From assembly GCF_006345805.1 (NCBI RefSeq), contig NW_021836455.1, forward strand, positions 1 through 24,151: a DNA stretch of 24,151 nucleotides. Reading direction: 5' to 3'. A program made the translations under genes and the position numbers. Below are positions 1-10,600 of the stretch, in pieces (position 1 is the first letter of the stretch; each line of letters opens with the position of its first letter). Below the pieces are notes generated by a model, which ran no database searches, was not told the DNA's origin, and saw nothing but the letters and a program-made list of their open reading frames with translations. This DNA comes from Octopus sinensis. Lineage: Eukaryota.

Positions 1-204
1 ACATATATATATATATATATCTATATATATATATACATACATATATATACATATATATATATATACACATACATACATACAAACATGTATATATAAGATG
101 TACATAAGTGGCTTGCGTATGTAGAGTGTGTGTGTACGCATGTATGTATGTATGTATGTATGTATGTATGTATGTATGTATGTATATATTAATATGATAT
201 ATAA

Positions 205-247
<43 letters not shown>

Positions 248-408
248 TACATACATATATACATATATATATATATACACATACATACATACAAACCATG
301 TAATATAAGATGTACATAAGTGCTTGCGTATGTAGATGTGTGTGTACGCATGTATTTGTATGTATTATGTATGTATGTATGTATGTATGTATATATATAT
401 ATGTATAT

Positions 409-450
<42 letters not shown>

Positions 451-540
451 ATTATATTATATAATATCATACATACATATACATGCATATTTATGCACAC
501 ACATATACGTACGAAATACACATATAATAACGGATCTCAT
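1..540. repeat. Compound (TA)n/(CATA)n/(TATG)n microsatellite containing a ~210-bp duplicated block
   Basis: Direct reading. The unique core aaacatg...gtacgcatg occurs at ~81-145 and again at ~293-355. Confidence 0.9.
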
Positions 541-1019
541 GATATATATGGATAATAAGTTGATACTATAATTCGTTTAGTAACCAATCAAAAAATTGTT
601 TTTTTTACGTGAAACCAATTTTGATGTCTGTGTTGTTGTAGTTGTTATTGTTGTTGTTGTCAATGTTGTTCATGAGGACAATAATGATGGTGATGATGAT
701 GGCGACAACGACGACGATGATGATTGATGATGATGATGATGATGATGATGTTTGCGATGGTGATGTTCTTGTCTGTATTTTCCATTAATATTTTAAATCA
801 AATATATTTCCTGATTTTGTTGTCATTGCTGATGTTGCTGTTGCTGACGCTGTAGTAAGTTTTGCTGTTGTTGTTGTTGATGTTGGAGTTGTAAGCTATT
901 TTATGCCATAAACGTCGATGTATTATCTGACTTCCCCGTTAGTTGTAAAGCCAGAGTTGATTGAAAAGAGAGAGAGAGAGAGGGGAGGGAGAGTCCCTCT
1001 GTATATTACTGGTATTTAG

Positions 1020-1118
1020 CTTATCAAATCCGGAGGAAGGAAACAAAAAGACGTCGATTGTATCGCAGTACGATCTGAAGATGAAACTTTGGTGCTTGAG
1101 ACTGAATACACTAACCGA
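1020..1118 (+). CDS. Candidate internal coding exon (phase 0-0, 33 codons: LIKSGGRKQKDVDCIAVRSEDETLVLETEYTNR), product unknown
   Basis: Acceptor tttag at 1015-1019, donor GTTAGT at 1119-1124, and a 99-nt non-repetitive open frame. The polypyrimidine tract is weak and I recognise no homologue. Confidence 0.25.
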
Positions 1119-1498
1119 GTTAGTTCGGTGCTTTGCTGTCTCTTCCCTCCCTCTCTCACAGTCCCATACCTCTTCCTTTTCCCTTCTCTCTTCACTCTCT
1201 CTTCCATCTCTTTCTTTTCTCTCCCTCATCTCTCTTGTCTCACCCTGCTCCTCTTTTGTCTTGTGTCCCCCCTCTCTCTCCGTTTCTATTTCTGTGTCTA
1301 CACCGCCGTCCGCGACGTATATACATAACCGCAGAAATAGTTTTGTTGGTCGTGGTGTGGAGTTGCTTTTGTTCTGCGTTCGAATTCAGGCTGGGGTTGG
1401 CCTGGCTCCTCATATCTTATGAAATCAGAAAAAAAAAAACAAGACAAATATCAGTATCACCATTATCGCCGCCAACAAACCACCACAACCACCACAAC

Positions 1499-1542
<44 letters not shown>

Positions 1543-1670
1543 CCAGCACTACCATCACTATTGTCATCACAGAGTTATTCGACCGGCTGAAAATAGTAAG
1601 TCAGGTTTTTCTCAAACTACATCCGATCGTCTAAAAATGAAGGTTACATTAGATGATGTAGTGCTAAGAA

Positions 1671-1901
1671 GGCGGCGAGCTGGCAGAATCGTTAGCACGC
1701 CGGGCGAAATGCGTAGCCGTATTTCGTCTGCCGTTACGTTCTGAGTTCAAATTCCGCCCAGGTCCACTTTGCCTTTCATCCTTTCGGGGTCGATAAATTA
1801 AGTACCAATCACGCACTGGGGTCGATGTAATCGACTTAATCCGTTTGTCTTTCCTTGTTTGTCCCCTCTATGTTTAGCCCCTTGTGGGTAATAAAGAAAC
1901 G
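1671..1901 (+). mobile_element. tRNA-derived SINE, family A, full length with target-site duplication
   Basis: Head GGCGGCGAGCTGGCAGAATCGTTAG (A-box-like) and B-box GAGTTCAAATTCC at 1743-1755. Perfect 16-bp TSD gatgtagtgctaagaa at 1655-1670 and 1902-1917. Homologous copies elsewhere in the window. Confidence 0.92.
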
Positions 1902-2569
1902 GATGTAGTGCTAAGAAGCAACTACATTATCCAAACCACACATAATATTTGGTCAGTCACTCCAGCCATTGCAGCAATCTACTACTCTCTCAACTGATAA
2001 TTGGAAATGTCGAGATAATGCTTTTCCGAAAAGAAAACAAAAATCCCAACAAACCCAACAAAAAAATCCCAACAAAAATAAAAATAAAATCAACATAGAC
2101 GTTTTAACATTAGCAACAACAGCAACAACAACAAAAGCAGCAATAACTAATATAACAAAATCGGTAATAGAAGCATCAAACTTAGCAACAACAACAGTGA
2201 CAATTGCAACAACAACTATGAACTCAGGTTCCCCTCCAAACACACACACACACACACACCACACACTTACACACACACTTACACACACACTTACACACAG
2301 GGTCGCACACAGATACGTACAGACAGAGCGTCCCCTCCCCTATCATTCTAAAGCCAATTAAATTTGGAGTAGAATGGAAAAAAAAAAGCTGAATATAATT
2401 ATTCATCAAAGAACATGTTGGACATTTTTCAGCTGTGAAATCTGACCATTTTCTAAAGAGACAATTTCTTCAGCTTCTGAAGAAAACAAACCACAAGACA
2501 TCGCCGCCTTAATAATCAATATTGACAGATAACAGGACATTTTTGTTGGAGGTGATGGTGGTGGGGTGG

Positions 2570-3780
2570 GGGTGGGGGGTGGAGGTGTTGATATTGATGA
2601 TTGCGATCGGGGTGGTGGTGTTGATGGTGGTAATGACTATGGCGGTGGTAGTAGAGGTGATGTGGTGTTAGTGTTAATAGTGGTGGTTGTAGTGATGGTC
2701 GGGGTGGTGGTGGTGTTGATGGTGGTAATGGCTATGGCGGTGGTAGTAGAGGTGATGTTTTGTTAGTGTTAATAGTGGTGGTGGGGATGGTGGTGGTTGT
2801 AGTGATGGTCGGGGTGGTGGTGGTGTTGATGGTGGTAATGACTATGGCGGTGGTAGTAGAGGTGATGTGGTGTTAGTGTTAATAGTGGTGGTGGGGATGG
2901 TGGTGGTTGTAGTGATGGTCGGGGTGGTGGTGGTGTTGATGGTGGTAATGACTGTGGCGGTGGTAGTAGAGGTGATGTTTTGTTAGTGTTAATAGTGGTG
3001 GTGGGGATGGTGGTGGTTGTAGTGATGGTCGGGGTGGTGGTGGTGTTGATGGTGGTAATGACTATGGAGGTGGTAGTAATAGTGGTGGTTGAGGTAGTGG
3101 TTATAGTGGTGGTGGTGAAGGTGGTGTTGGGGGTAGTGGAGATGGTGGTGGTGGTGGTGACGGTGGTGGTTGTAGTGATGGTGGTGGTTGTGGTGATGGT
3201 GGTGGTGGTGATGGTGGTGGTTGTAGTGATGGTGGTGGTTGTAGTGATGGCGGTGGTTGTGGTAGTGGAGATGGTAGTCGTTGTGGTGGTGGTGGTGGTG
3301 GTTGTGGTGATGGTGGTGGTTGTGGTAGTGGAGATGGTAGTCGTTGTGGTGGTGGTGGTGGTGGTTGTGGTGATGGTGGTGGTTGTGGTAGTGGTGATGG
3401 TGGTGGTTGTGGTGGTGGTGGTGGTTGTGTTGGCGGTTATAGTGATGGTGGTGATGGTGGTGGTAACGGTAGAGGTGATGATAGGGGGAGTGATTTTTTT
3501 TTGGAGGGTGGGGTACGGCAGTGGCGGTATGTGGTAGTGATTGTGATGGTGAGAGTGCTCTTGCTGGTCGTGGTACGGGTGATACCTGTGGTTGTGGTTG
3601 TGGTGATGTGATGGTGGTGGTGAGGATAGTGGTGGTGATGAAGGTGGTGGTAATGATGGCAGAAGTGATGGTGGTGGCGGGGACTGTAGTGGTCATGGGT
3701 ATTGTTGTTGGTACTGGTGCTGGTATTTGTGTTGTTGTTGTTGTTAGTGGTGGTGGCGGTACCGAACAGTATTATTATTA
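2570..3780. repeat. (GGT)n-derived G-rich low-complexity tract including a 110-bp minisatellite and a 63-bp repeat
   Basis: Units start at 2701, 2811, 2921 and 3031 (period 110), with a shorter unit at ~2609. The motif ggagatggtagtcgttg recurs with a 63-bp period near 3268 and 3331. Confidence 0.9.
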
Positions 3781-3839
3781 TTGTTGTTGTTGTCGTCGTC
3801 GTCATCATCATCATCATCATCATCATTATTATTATATTA

Positions 3840-3880
<41 letters not shown>

Positions 3881-3933
3881 GTAGTAGTAGTAGTAGTATT
3901 GTTGTTGTTGTTGTTGTTGTTGTTATTGTTGTA

Positions 3934-3964
<31 letters not shown>

Positions 3965-4015
3965 TATTATTATTATTATTATTATATTATTATTATTATT
4001 ATTATTATATTATTT
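3770..4015. repeat. (GTT)n/(CAT)n/(ATT)n trinucleotide tract
   Basis: Direct reading. Confidence 0.9.
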
Positions 4016-4300
4016 TATCGATCACAGATCAATGGATGAAAGGAAGAACAGCCGATCTCAGCAAGATTCGAAATTAGATTTTAAAGAGACTTGAACATCA
4101 GTTTCCAGCAGAAGCAAAAGGTCACAATCTCTGGGGCTGGGGGGAGTGGTTAAAGTTAATTAAATTGACCCTCAGTACATCACTGGTACTTTATCGGCAC
4201 CAGAAGAACGAATGGAAAAATTGCCCTTGCGAGAGTTTAAAATCAGACTGTAACGGAAGGTAACAAAATATGAATACTCATTTCGTCCGGAATTTCACCG
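4012..4300 (-). mobile_element. Highly diverged SINE family A fragments
   Basis: ttttatcgatcacag...ggatgaaagg and aattgaccctcagtacatcactggtactttatcgg resemble the reverse complement of the family A core. Confidence 0.45.
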
Positions 4301-4446
4301 AATGGATCATATGGTCAGTGAATGGGACACAATGACGCCCGATCATATGGGAGATGTTACGTCAAAGAGGTTAGCGTCCTATCCAGGAAGATTTCTTCAG
4401 TCTTTCTCTCTGTTTCTCTGTCTTTTTTTTTTCAATCTTTCTCTAT

Positions 4447-4495
4447 TCCTATGTGGTCCACCCAGGCAGACTGGGTTCTATTCCCGGCATGGGAA
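4447..4495 (+). pseudogene. tRNA-Glu(TTC)-derived remnant lacking ~23 nt (D-loop through anticodon)
   Basis: TCCTATGTGGTC joined to CACCCAGGCAGACTGGGTTCTATTCCCGGCATGGGAA. The 7-bp acceptor stem TCCTATG/CATGGGA and the T-stem CTGGG/CCCGG still pair. The 3' 37 nt match the vertebrate tRNA-Glu(TTC) sequence as I recall it at 31/37. Confidence 0.6.
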
Positions 4496-4513
4496 CGTAA
4501 GTTACTTTTTTAT

Positions 4514-4934
4514 AGGCGTGGGATAAGAAGCTTGATTCCCAACCACATAGTTCCGGGTTCAGTCCCACTGTGTAGCATCTTGGGCAAGTATCTTTCTTCT
4601 ACTGTAGCCTCGGGCCGAACAAAGCCTTGTGAGTAGATTTGGTAGACGCAATCTGAAAGAAGCTCATCGTATATATGCATACCTGTGTGTGTGTTTGTGT
4701 GTGTGCGTGTATGTATATATTTGTGTGCGTCTGTGTTTGTCCCTTCACCATCGCTTGACAACCGGGGTTGGTCTATTTACCTTCCCGTAACTTAGCGGCT
4801 CGGAAAAACAGAACCGATAGAATAAGTATTTGGCTTACAGCGAATAAGTCCTGGGGTCGATTTGCTCGACTAAAGGCGGTGCTCCAGTATGGCCGCAGTC
4901 AAATGACTGAAACAAGTAGAAGAATAAAAGAATA
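4514..4934 (+). mobile_element. tRNA-derived SINE, family B, near full length
   Basis: B-box-like GGGTTCAGTCCC, CORE-like cttgggcaagt, internal (TG)n, and 3' end ...ggccgcagtcaaatgactgaaacaagt plus A-rich tail. Six other copies in the window. Confidence 0.9.
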
Positions 4935-4959
4935 GTGCATTCCAGAGAAGAGCCTTATT

Positions 4960-5215
4960 TCATTTTGAAAATCACGAAGTAGTATATTTAAAGAGTTAAA
5001 TTTATAAAACCACAACCGCAAACCTAAAATTAGTAAACTTCCTAAACATAGCGCCGGAACACAAGTGGACGCCAGACCTAAACACAGACAAGCACCAGAA
5101 TAAACACAGGTAAACACGAAACCTAAACGAAGATGAACACTTGTGCCATGAACACGCCTAAACACCAGACCCAAACAGAAGTAAACATTACCCTTAGCAA
5201 TATATACCAATAAAT
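4960..5215 (+). mobile_element. Degraded Penelope-like RT C-terminal fragment
   Basis: Broken frames give IFKELNL / TTANLKLVNFLNI / DLNTDKHQ / SKHYP*QYIPINK, resembling the recalled PLE motifs KIFK..GLKITIEANLK.VNFLD, LDLNTG and SNHPP..IP..INKR. Confidence 0.45.
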
Positions 5216-5217
5216 AA

Positions 5218-5436
5218 GACGACGAGCTGGCAGAATCGTTAGCACGCTAGGTAAAATGCTCTTCGGCATTTCGTTCGTCTTGACGTTTTAAGTTCAAATT
5301 CCGCCAATGTCAACTTTGCCTTTCATCCTTTTATTTTCGGGGTCGATAAAATAGGTACTAGTTGAGTGCTGGCGTCGATGTAATTGATTTAGCCTCTCCC
5401 TAAACTTGCTGGCCTTGTTCCAAAATTTGAAATCAA
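5218..5436 (+). mobile_element. SINE family A (variant 3' tail)
   Basis: gacgagctggcagaatcgttagcacg head, aagttcaaattcc B-box and ggggtcgataaaataggtact core. Confidence 0.85.
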
Positions 5437-5563
5437 TGTACATCATAATGAATCCAACTGGAAAAAAAAGGTACTGTACATAGTATTTAGTGGTTATCTG
5501 TATTGGATGGTAGCTCATGGTGATAGTAGTGAGCAATAACATTTTGATTATTGGGCAGAACCG

Positions 5564-5799
5564 TACACACACACACACACACACACACATACACACACAC
5601 ACACACACACGAACACACACACGCACATGCATATATGATGAGTTTCTTTCAAATTCTTTCTACCAGATTCAATCACAAGGCTTTGGTCAGAGTGAGGCTG
5701 TACTAGAAGACACTTGCTCAAGGTGCCACGCAGCGGGGCTGAACCCGGAACCATGTGGCTGGGAAGCAAAATTCTTACCACACAGCCACGCCTGCGCCT
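5564..5799 (-). mobile_element. SINE family B, 5' half ending in its internal (CA)n tract
   Basis: The reverse complement gives aggcgcaggcgtggctgtgtggtaag...gggttcagccccgc...cttgagcaagtgtcttct. Confidence 0.85.
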
Positions 5800-6344
5800 G
5801 TACAGGAATTTATTTTCTATTTCATTTAGTGATCAAGGATTAAAAAAACAAAATTCTCTGTCTTGGTGAACTTACCAAGATACGAGAACCGCGGAAGCAA
5901 CCAAGCAAACAGATTGGACAGAATCAGACTTCCTCATAATTTTATGTACATCTGACCAGACAAACTAGTTTAGTGGTGATGGTGGCGGGTGGAATAACCA
6001 TGGTAGGATTGGTGGCAGCTGTGTACAAAATATTACCAGACACCATAATATATCTCCATGAAAAGTATTCATAATCGCAGACAAATAATATTTTCGTTTC
6101 GATTCTATTCAAAACTACCGTTATCTTTCCTTTCCATTCATCTCCCAATATCAATATTACGATTGTCTATAGAAACGGCAAGTTCAATTATTTTTCAAGA
6201 GGAATGAATTTCGGACTCACAGTCATACAGTTCTCTTTCTTAGATCTTTGACTTAATATGGAAGCAGCAGACCAATTTTGTTGCGTTTCTAATGTCAATG
6301 ATATTATTGGGAAGAATTTTCGTTTTGTAAACGGAATATTTTAG

Positions 6345-7387
6345 ATGTCTCGTTGCCTCTGTGTGTATATATGTGCGTTAGCGTGTGCGTGTGTGTGTGT
6401 GTGTGTGTTATGGGTGTGTATGTGTGTGTGTGTCTTTTGTGTGTCTAACTGTCTATGTGTATCTCAATCTGTGTGTCTATATTTTTCACTGTATGTTTAT
6501 GCGTGTGTCCATATGTATGTAATCTGTGTATCGTGATGTGTGCCTCATTGTTTTTCTTATTGTGTGTGTATGTGTATGAATGCGTATGTGTGTGCGCGTC
6601 TTTATGTGTATGTGTGTGTGTGTGTATGTTTTGTTTCTCACTGCGCATGTTTTTATCTGTGTATCACGATGTATGGTCTTATTATTTTCTCTCTGTCCCA
6701 CATTTCTCTCTCTGTCCCCCTCTCTCTCTGTACTCCCTCTCTCTCTGTCCACTCTCTCTCTGTCCCACTCTCTCAGTCTCCCTCTCTTTCTCTCTCCCTC
6801 TCTCTGTACCCGCGCGCACACGTATATCTGCATACACATGCATCTCAATGCATGTGTATGCGTCTCGATGCATGTTAGGGTGTGGATGTTTCGATTTATA
6901 TATGAGACCCCCTCTCCCTCCCCCTCTCCCCCTTCTTCCCTTTCCCCTCTCCCCTCCCCTTCACCTAATGTATCAGCGTATCTGTGCGTGTTTCCATTTG
7001 CTTATATATTCCAATAGATTTGCTTATATATTCCAGTGTGTGCGTGTGTAAGAAGTCTTATGTTCGCCTGTTTGCCAGTCTGTCTGCCTGTCTGCCTGCT
7101 GCCGCCTGTCAGCCTGTTTGTCTGTCTGACTGTCTGTCTGTCAGCACGTGAAGGAGGTATTATTAGGCTTCTTGTACAGATCTGAGATAAAATGAGATTA
7201 TCCTAATTGAAGCTCTACGAGCGTGTGTGAGTGTGTGTGTATGTATGTGTGTGTGTGTGTGTGTGTGAGTTAGCGTGAGTATGTATTCGTGTGTGCATGT
7301 GTGTGTATGCTGCGTGTGTGCGTATTTGTGAGTATGTGTGTGTATGAATGCATATTCACATACATACATACATATACATATACATAT

Positions 7388-7458
<71 letters not shown>

Positions 7459-7519
7459 TTATATATGTATGTATCTATATATGTGTGTATATATATATAT
7501 GTGTGTGTGAATATGTGCA

Positions 7520-7555
<36 letters not shown>

Positions 7556-9050
7556 TGTATACGCCTGAACATATGTATGCACATGTACATGAAACTGTAT
7601 GTTCATGAGCATATATATATATATACTTATGTATATACGTTTGTATGTGTGCGTAGTTGCGTGTTCATATATGTATATATGTGTGTGTATGTATGAATAT
7701 AACATGCATCTGCGCATGTGCGTGCATTGTGCTCATGCGTGTCCCTGTGTGTTTGTACGTGTGGCGAATATGTTGTAATGCTGGCAAGTGAACCAGCACC
7801 AATAAAGCATCACCACTATCATCACCGTCACCACCACCACCACCACCACCACCACCACCACCACCGCCGCCACCGCCACCGGCATCGTCACCGCTACCGC
7901 TACCGCCGCCGCTACCACCACCACCACCACCGCCACCACCACCACTACCGCTACCGCCGCCGCCACCACCACCACCACCACCACCACCACCACCACCACC
8001 ACCATCACCACCATAAATATCTCAACCGCAACAACAACCACCATCACCACCACCACCAAAACCACCACCACCGCCACCACGACTACAACCACCACCACCA
8101 CCACCACCACCACCACCACCACCACCACTACTACCACAGTCACAACTATCACAACCACCATAACCAACATAACCACTAACACCACCACCGCCACCTCCAC
8201 CACCACCATGAATATCTCAATCGCAACCACCACCACCACCACCACGATCACCACCACCATAACTACCACCACCATTACCACTACTACCACAACCACCATA
8301 CCACCACCACCACCACCACCACTACCACTAGTATCACAGATGCTTCCACCACTTTCTTAACTAACTCACCAACAACCTCTAACCATCACCCTCGTACTAA
8401 CAAAACCTCACTCTCACCCACCCCTTATACCCCTTATCTCTCTAATATACCCCGCCCAACGCCCCACGCCTCTGTACCCCACAATTAAACAATGCACTTT
8501 ATAACATCATCAAATATTAAATTTTGACAATGTGTGTGTGTGTGTGTGTGTGTCTGTGTGAGTGTGTGCGTGCGTCTGAGTAAGAATCTGGGAATGTGTG
8601 TGTATGTGCATGTGTGTTTGTGCGTGTGTAAGAATATGTACTCTTGTTTGTGTGAATACATGTGAATGTGTGTGTTTATGTATACGTGTGTCAGTGACTG
8701 TTTAAGAATGTGCGAAAGAGTTTGTTTGTGTGTGTGTGTGTGTATTTATGTATGTGTGCAATGGTGTGTCTGTGTAAGATCGTGTGGATGTGTGTGTGTA
8801 TGTGTGTGTGTGTGTGTGAGAGAGAAAGAGAGATCTTTTGTGTGTGCATGCGACTGTTATATGTGAATGCATGGGGTATGTATATGTGTACGTGTAATAT
8901 GCCTATATGTATGTATGCGTATGCGAGCGTGCCTGTATATATATGAATATATATGTGTGCCTATATCTCTGTGTGTGTGCAGTATCAATATGTTTGCGTG
9001 CTTGTGTGTGTCTGTGTGTCCGCGTGTGCGTGTGTGCGTGAGTCGATAAC
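6345..9050. repeat. Extended mosaic of (TG)n, (TA)n, (CT)n, (CTGT)n and (CAC)n simple repeats
   Basis: Direct reading. (CAC)n at ~7810-8330 is the source of the poly-H and poly-V ORFs. Confidence 0.85.
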
Positions 9051-9526
9051 TCATTTTCAACTTAATTCAATAATAAATTATTTGATAATAAAATTTATAA
9101 CCAGGTGGAAAGTGATAATACGTGATAAATAGCGACACAATAAACTCCATAATGTGTGTAACCATAGAGACGGAAAGGGAGATAACCCACATATAACTCG
9201 TGTCACACCTGCCGCAGGGGAAAATGAACTAAAACAACTCATTTCTCTCCTCATCTTGGTTTTTCTAACCGCGTTATTATTGTTGTTGTTATTGCTGTTA
9301 ATATTGTTATTGTTATTGTTAATATTATTGCTGTCATTGTCGTTGTTGAGGTTTATGTTGTTCGTTACTGTTTTTGTTGTTATTGTCGTTGTTGATGTTA
9401 ATGTTCCTATCGTGGTTGCTACGGCTGTTGTTTTCGTTGTTGTTATTGATACTTTGTTGATATTGTTTTGCTGTTGCTGTTTTAGTTGGGTTGTCGTTGT
9501 TGCTATCGTTGTTGTTATCGTTATCA

Positions 9527-10085
9527 GCAGCGTACTGGCAAAATCGTTACAACGCCAGAGAAAATGCTTTGTGGTATTTTGTCCGTCTAAGGCGGCGAGC
9601 TGGCAGAGACGTTAGCGCGCCGGGCGAAATGCTTAACGGTATTTCGTCTGCGTTACGTTCTGAGTTCAAATTCCTCCGAGGTCGACTTTGCCTTTCATCC
9701 TTTCGGGGTCGATAAATAAAGTACCAGTTACGCACTGGGGTCGATGTAATCGACTTAATACCTATGTCTGTCCTTAATACCTATGTCTTTCGGGGTCGAT
9801 AAATAAAGTACCAGTTACGCACTGGGGTCGATGTAATCGACTTAATACCTATGTCTGTCCTTAATACCTATGTCTGTGTTTAGCCCCTTGTGGGTAATAA
9901 AGAAATAGGTATTTTGTCCGTCTTTACATACTGAGTTTAAATTCCACCGAAGCCGACTTTGCATTTCATCCTTTTAGAATCGAAAAAAAAACAAAAAAAC
10001 AAGTACCAGTTAAACACTGGGGTCGATGTAATCGACTTGCCCCTTCCTCAAAATTTCAAGTCTTCTGCCTATAGTAGAAACGATT
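9527..10085 (+). mobile_element. Older SINE family A copy split by a younger family A insertion (host parts 9527-9588 and 9924-10085)
   Basis: Removing 9589-9923 restores a collinear head, B-box (gagtttaaattcc), core and tail. Confidence 0.8.
9589..9907 (+). mobile_element. Young SINE family A with 87-bp internal tandem duplication
   Basis: 16-bp TSD ggtattttgtccgtct at 9573-9588 and 9908-9923. Segments 9701-9787 and 9788-9874 are identical. Confidence 0.92.
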
Positions 10086-10146
10086 GGTTAGTTGGTGGTT
10101 AATGCGTGTTGGTACTATATTAGTTAGTCGATACAATATATATATT

Positions 10147-10209
<63 letters not shown>

Positions 10210-10252
10210 GTGTGTGTGCGTGTGTGTGTATGTGTGTGTGTGTGTGTGTGAA

Positions 10253-10590
10253 GGCGCATGGCTCAGTGGTTAGGGCGTAGAGCTTACGATCGTGAGGTTG
10301 TGAGTTCGATTCTCGAACCAGGCTGTGTGTTGTGTTCTTGAGCAAAACACTTTATTTCACGCTGCCCCAGTTCACTCGGCTGTAGAAATGAGTTGCGACG
10401 TCACAGATGCCAAGCTGTATCGGCCTTTGCCTTTCCCTTGGATAACATCAGTGGTGTGGAGAGGGGGAGGCTGGTATGCATGGGCGACTGCTGGCCTTCC
10501 ATAAACAATCTTGCCCGGACTTGTGCCTCGGAGGGTAACTTTCTAGGTGCAATACCATGGTCATTCATAACAGAAGGGGGTGTCCTCCTC
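10253..10590 (+). mobile_element. tRNA-derived SINE, family C, full length
   Basis: A-box TGGCTCAGTGGT at 10259-10270, B-box GTTCGATTC at 10304-10312, and CORE-like tgttcttgagcaaaacactttatttcac. Confidence 0.9.
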
Positions 10591-10600
10591 CTTTATATAT

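Noticed and set aside
2980-3934. Long ORFs rich in V, T or H
   Set aside because: They are translations of (GGT)n/(ATT)n repeats, open only because the repeats lack stops.
5876-6074. Minus-strand 76-nt exon (MRKSDSVQSVCLVASAVLVS) and plus-strand hydrophobic mini-ORF
   Set aside because: Weak acceptors, mutually competing readings and no recognisable homology.
7718-8299. Poly-His and poly-Val ORFs (153 and 188 aa)
   Set aside because: (CAC)n microsatellite with no domain content; not reflectin-like.
10253-10325. Functional tRNA gene at SINE heads
   Set aside because: A/B boxes are present but continue into SINE bodies repeated in the window, with no complete cloverleaf.
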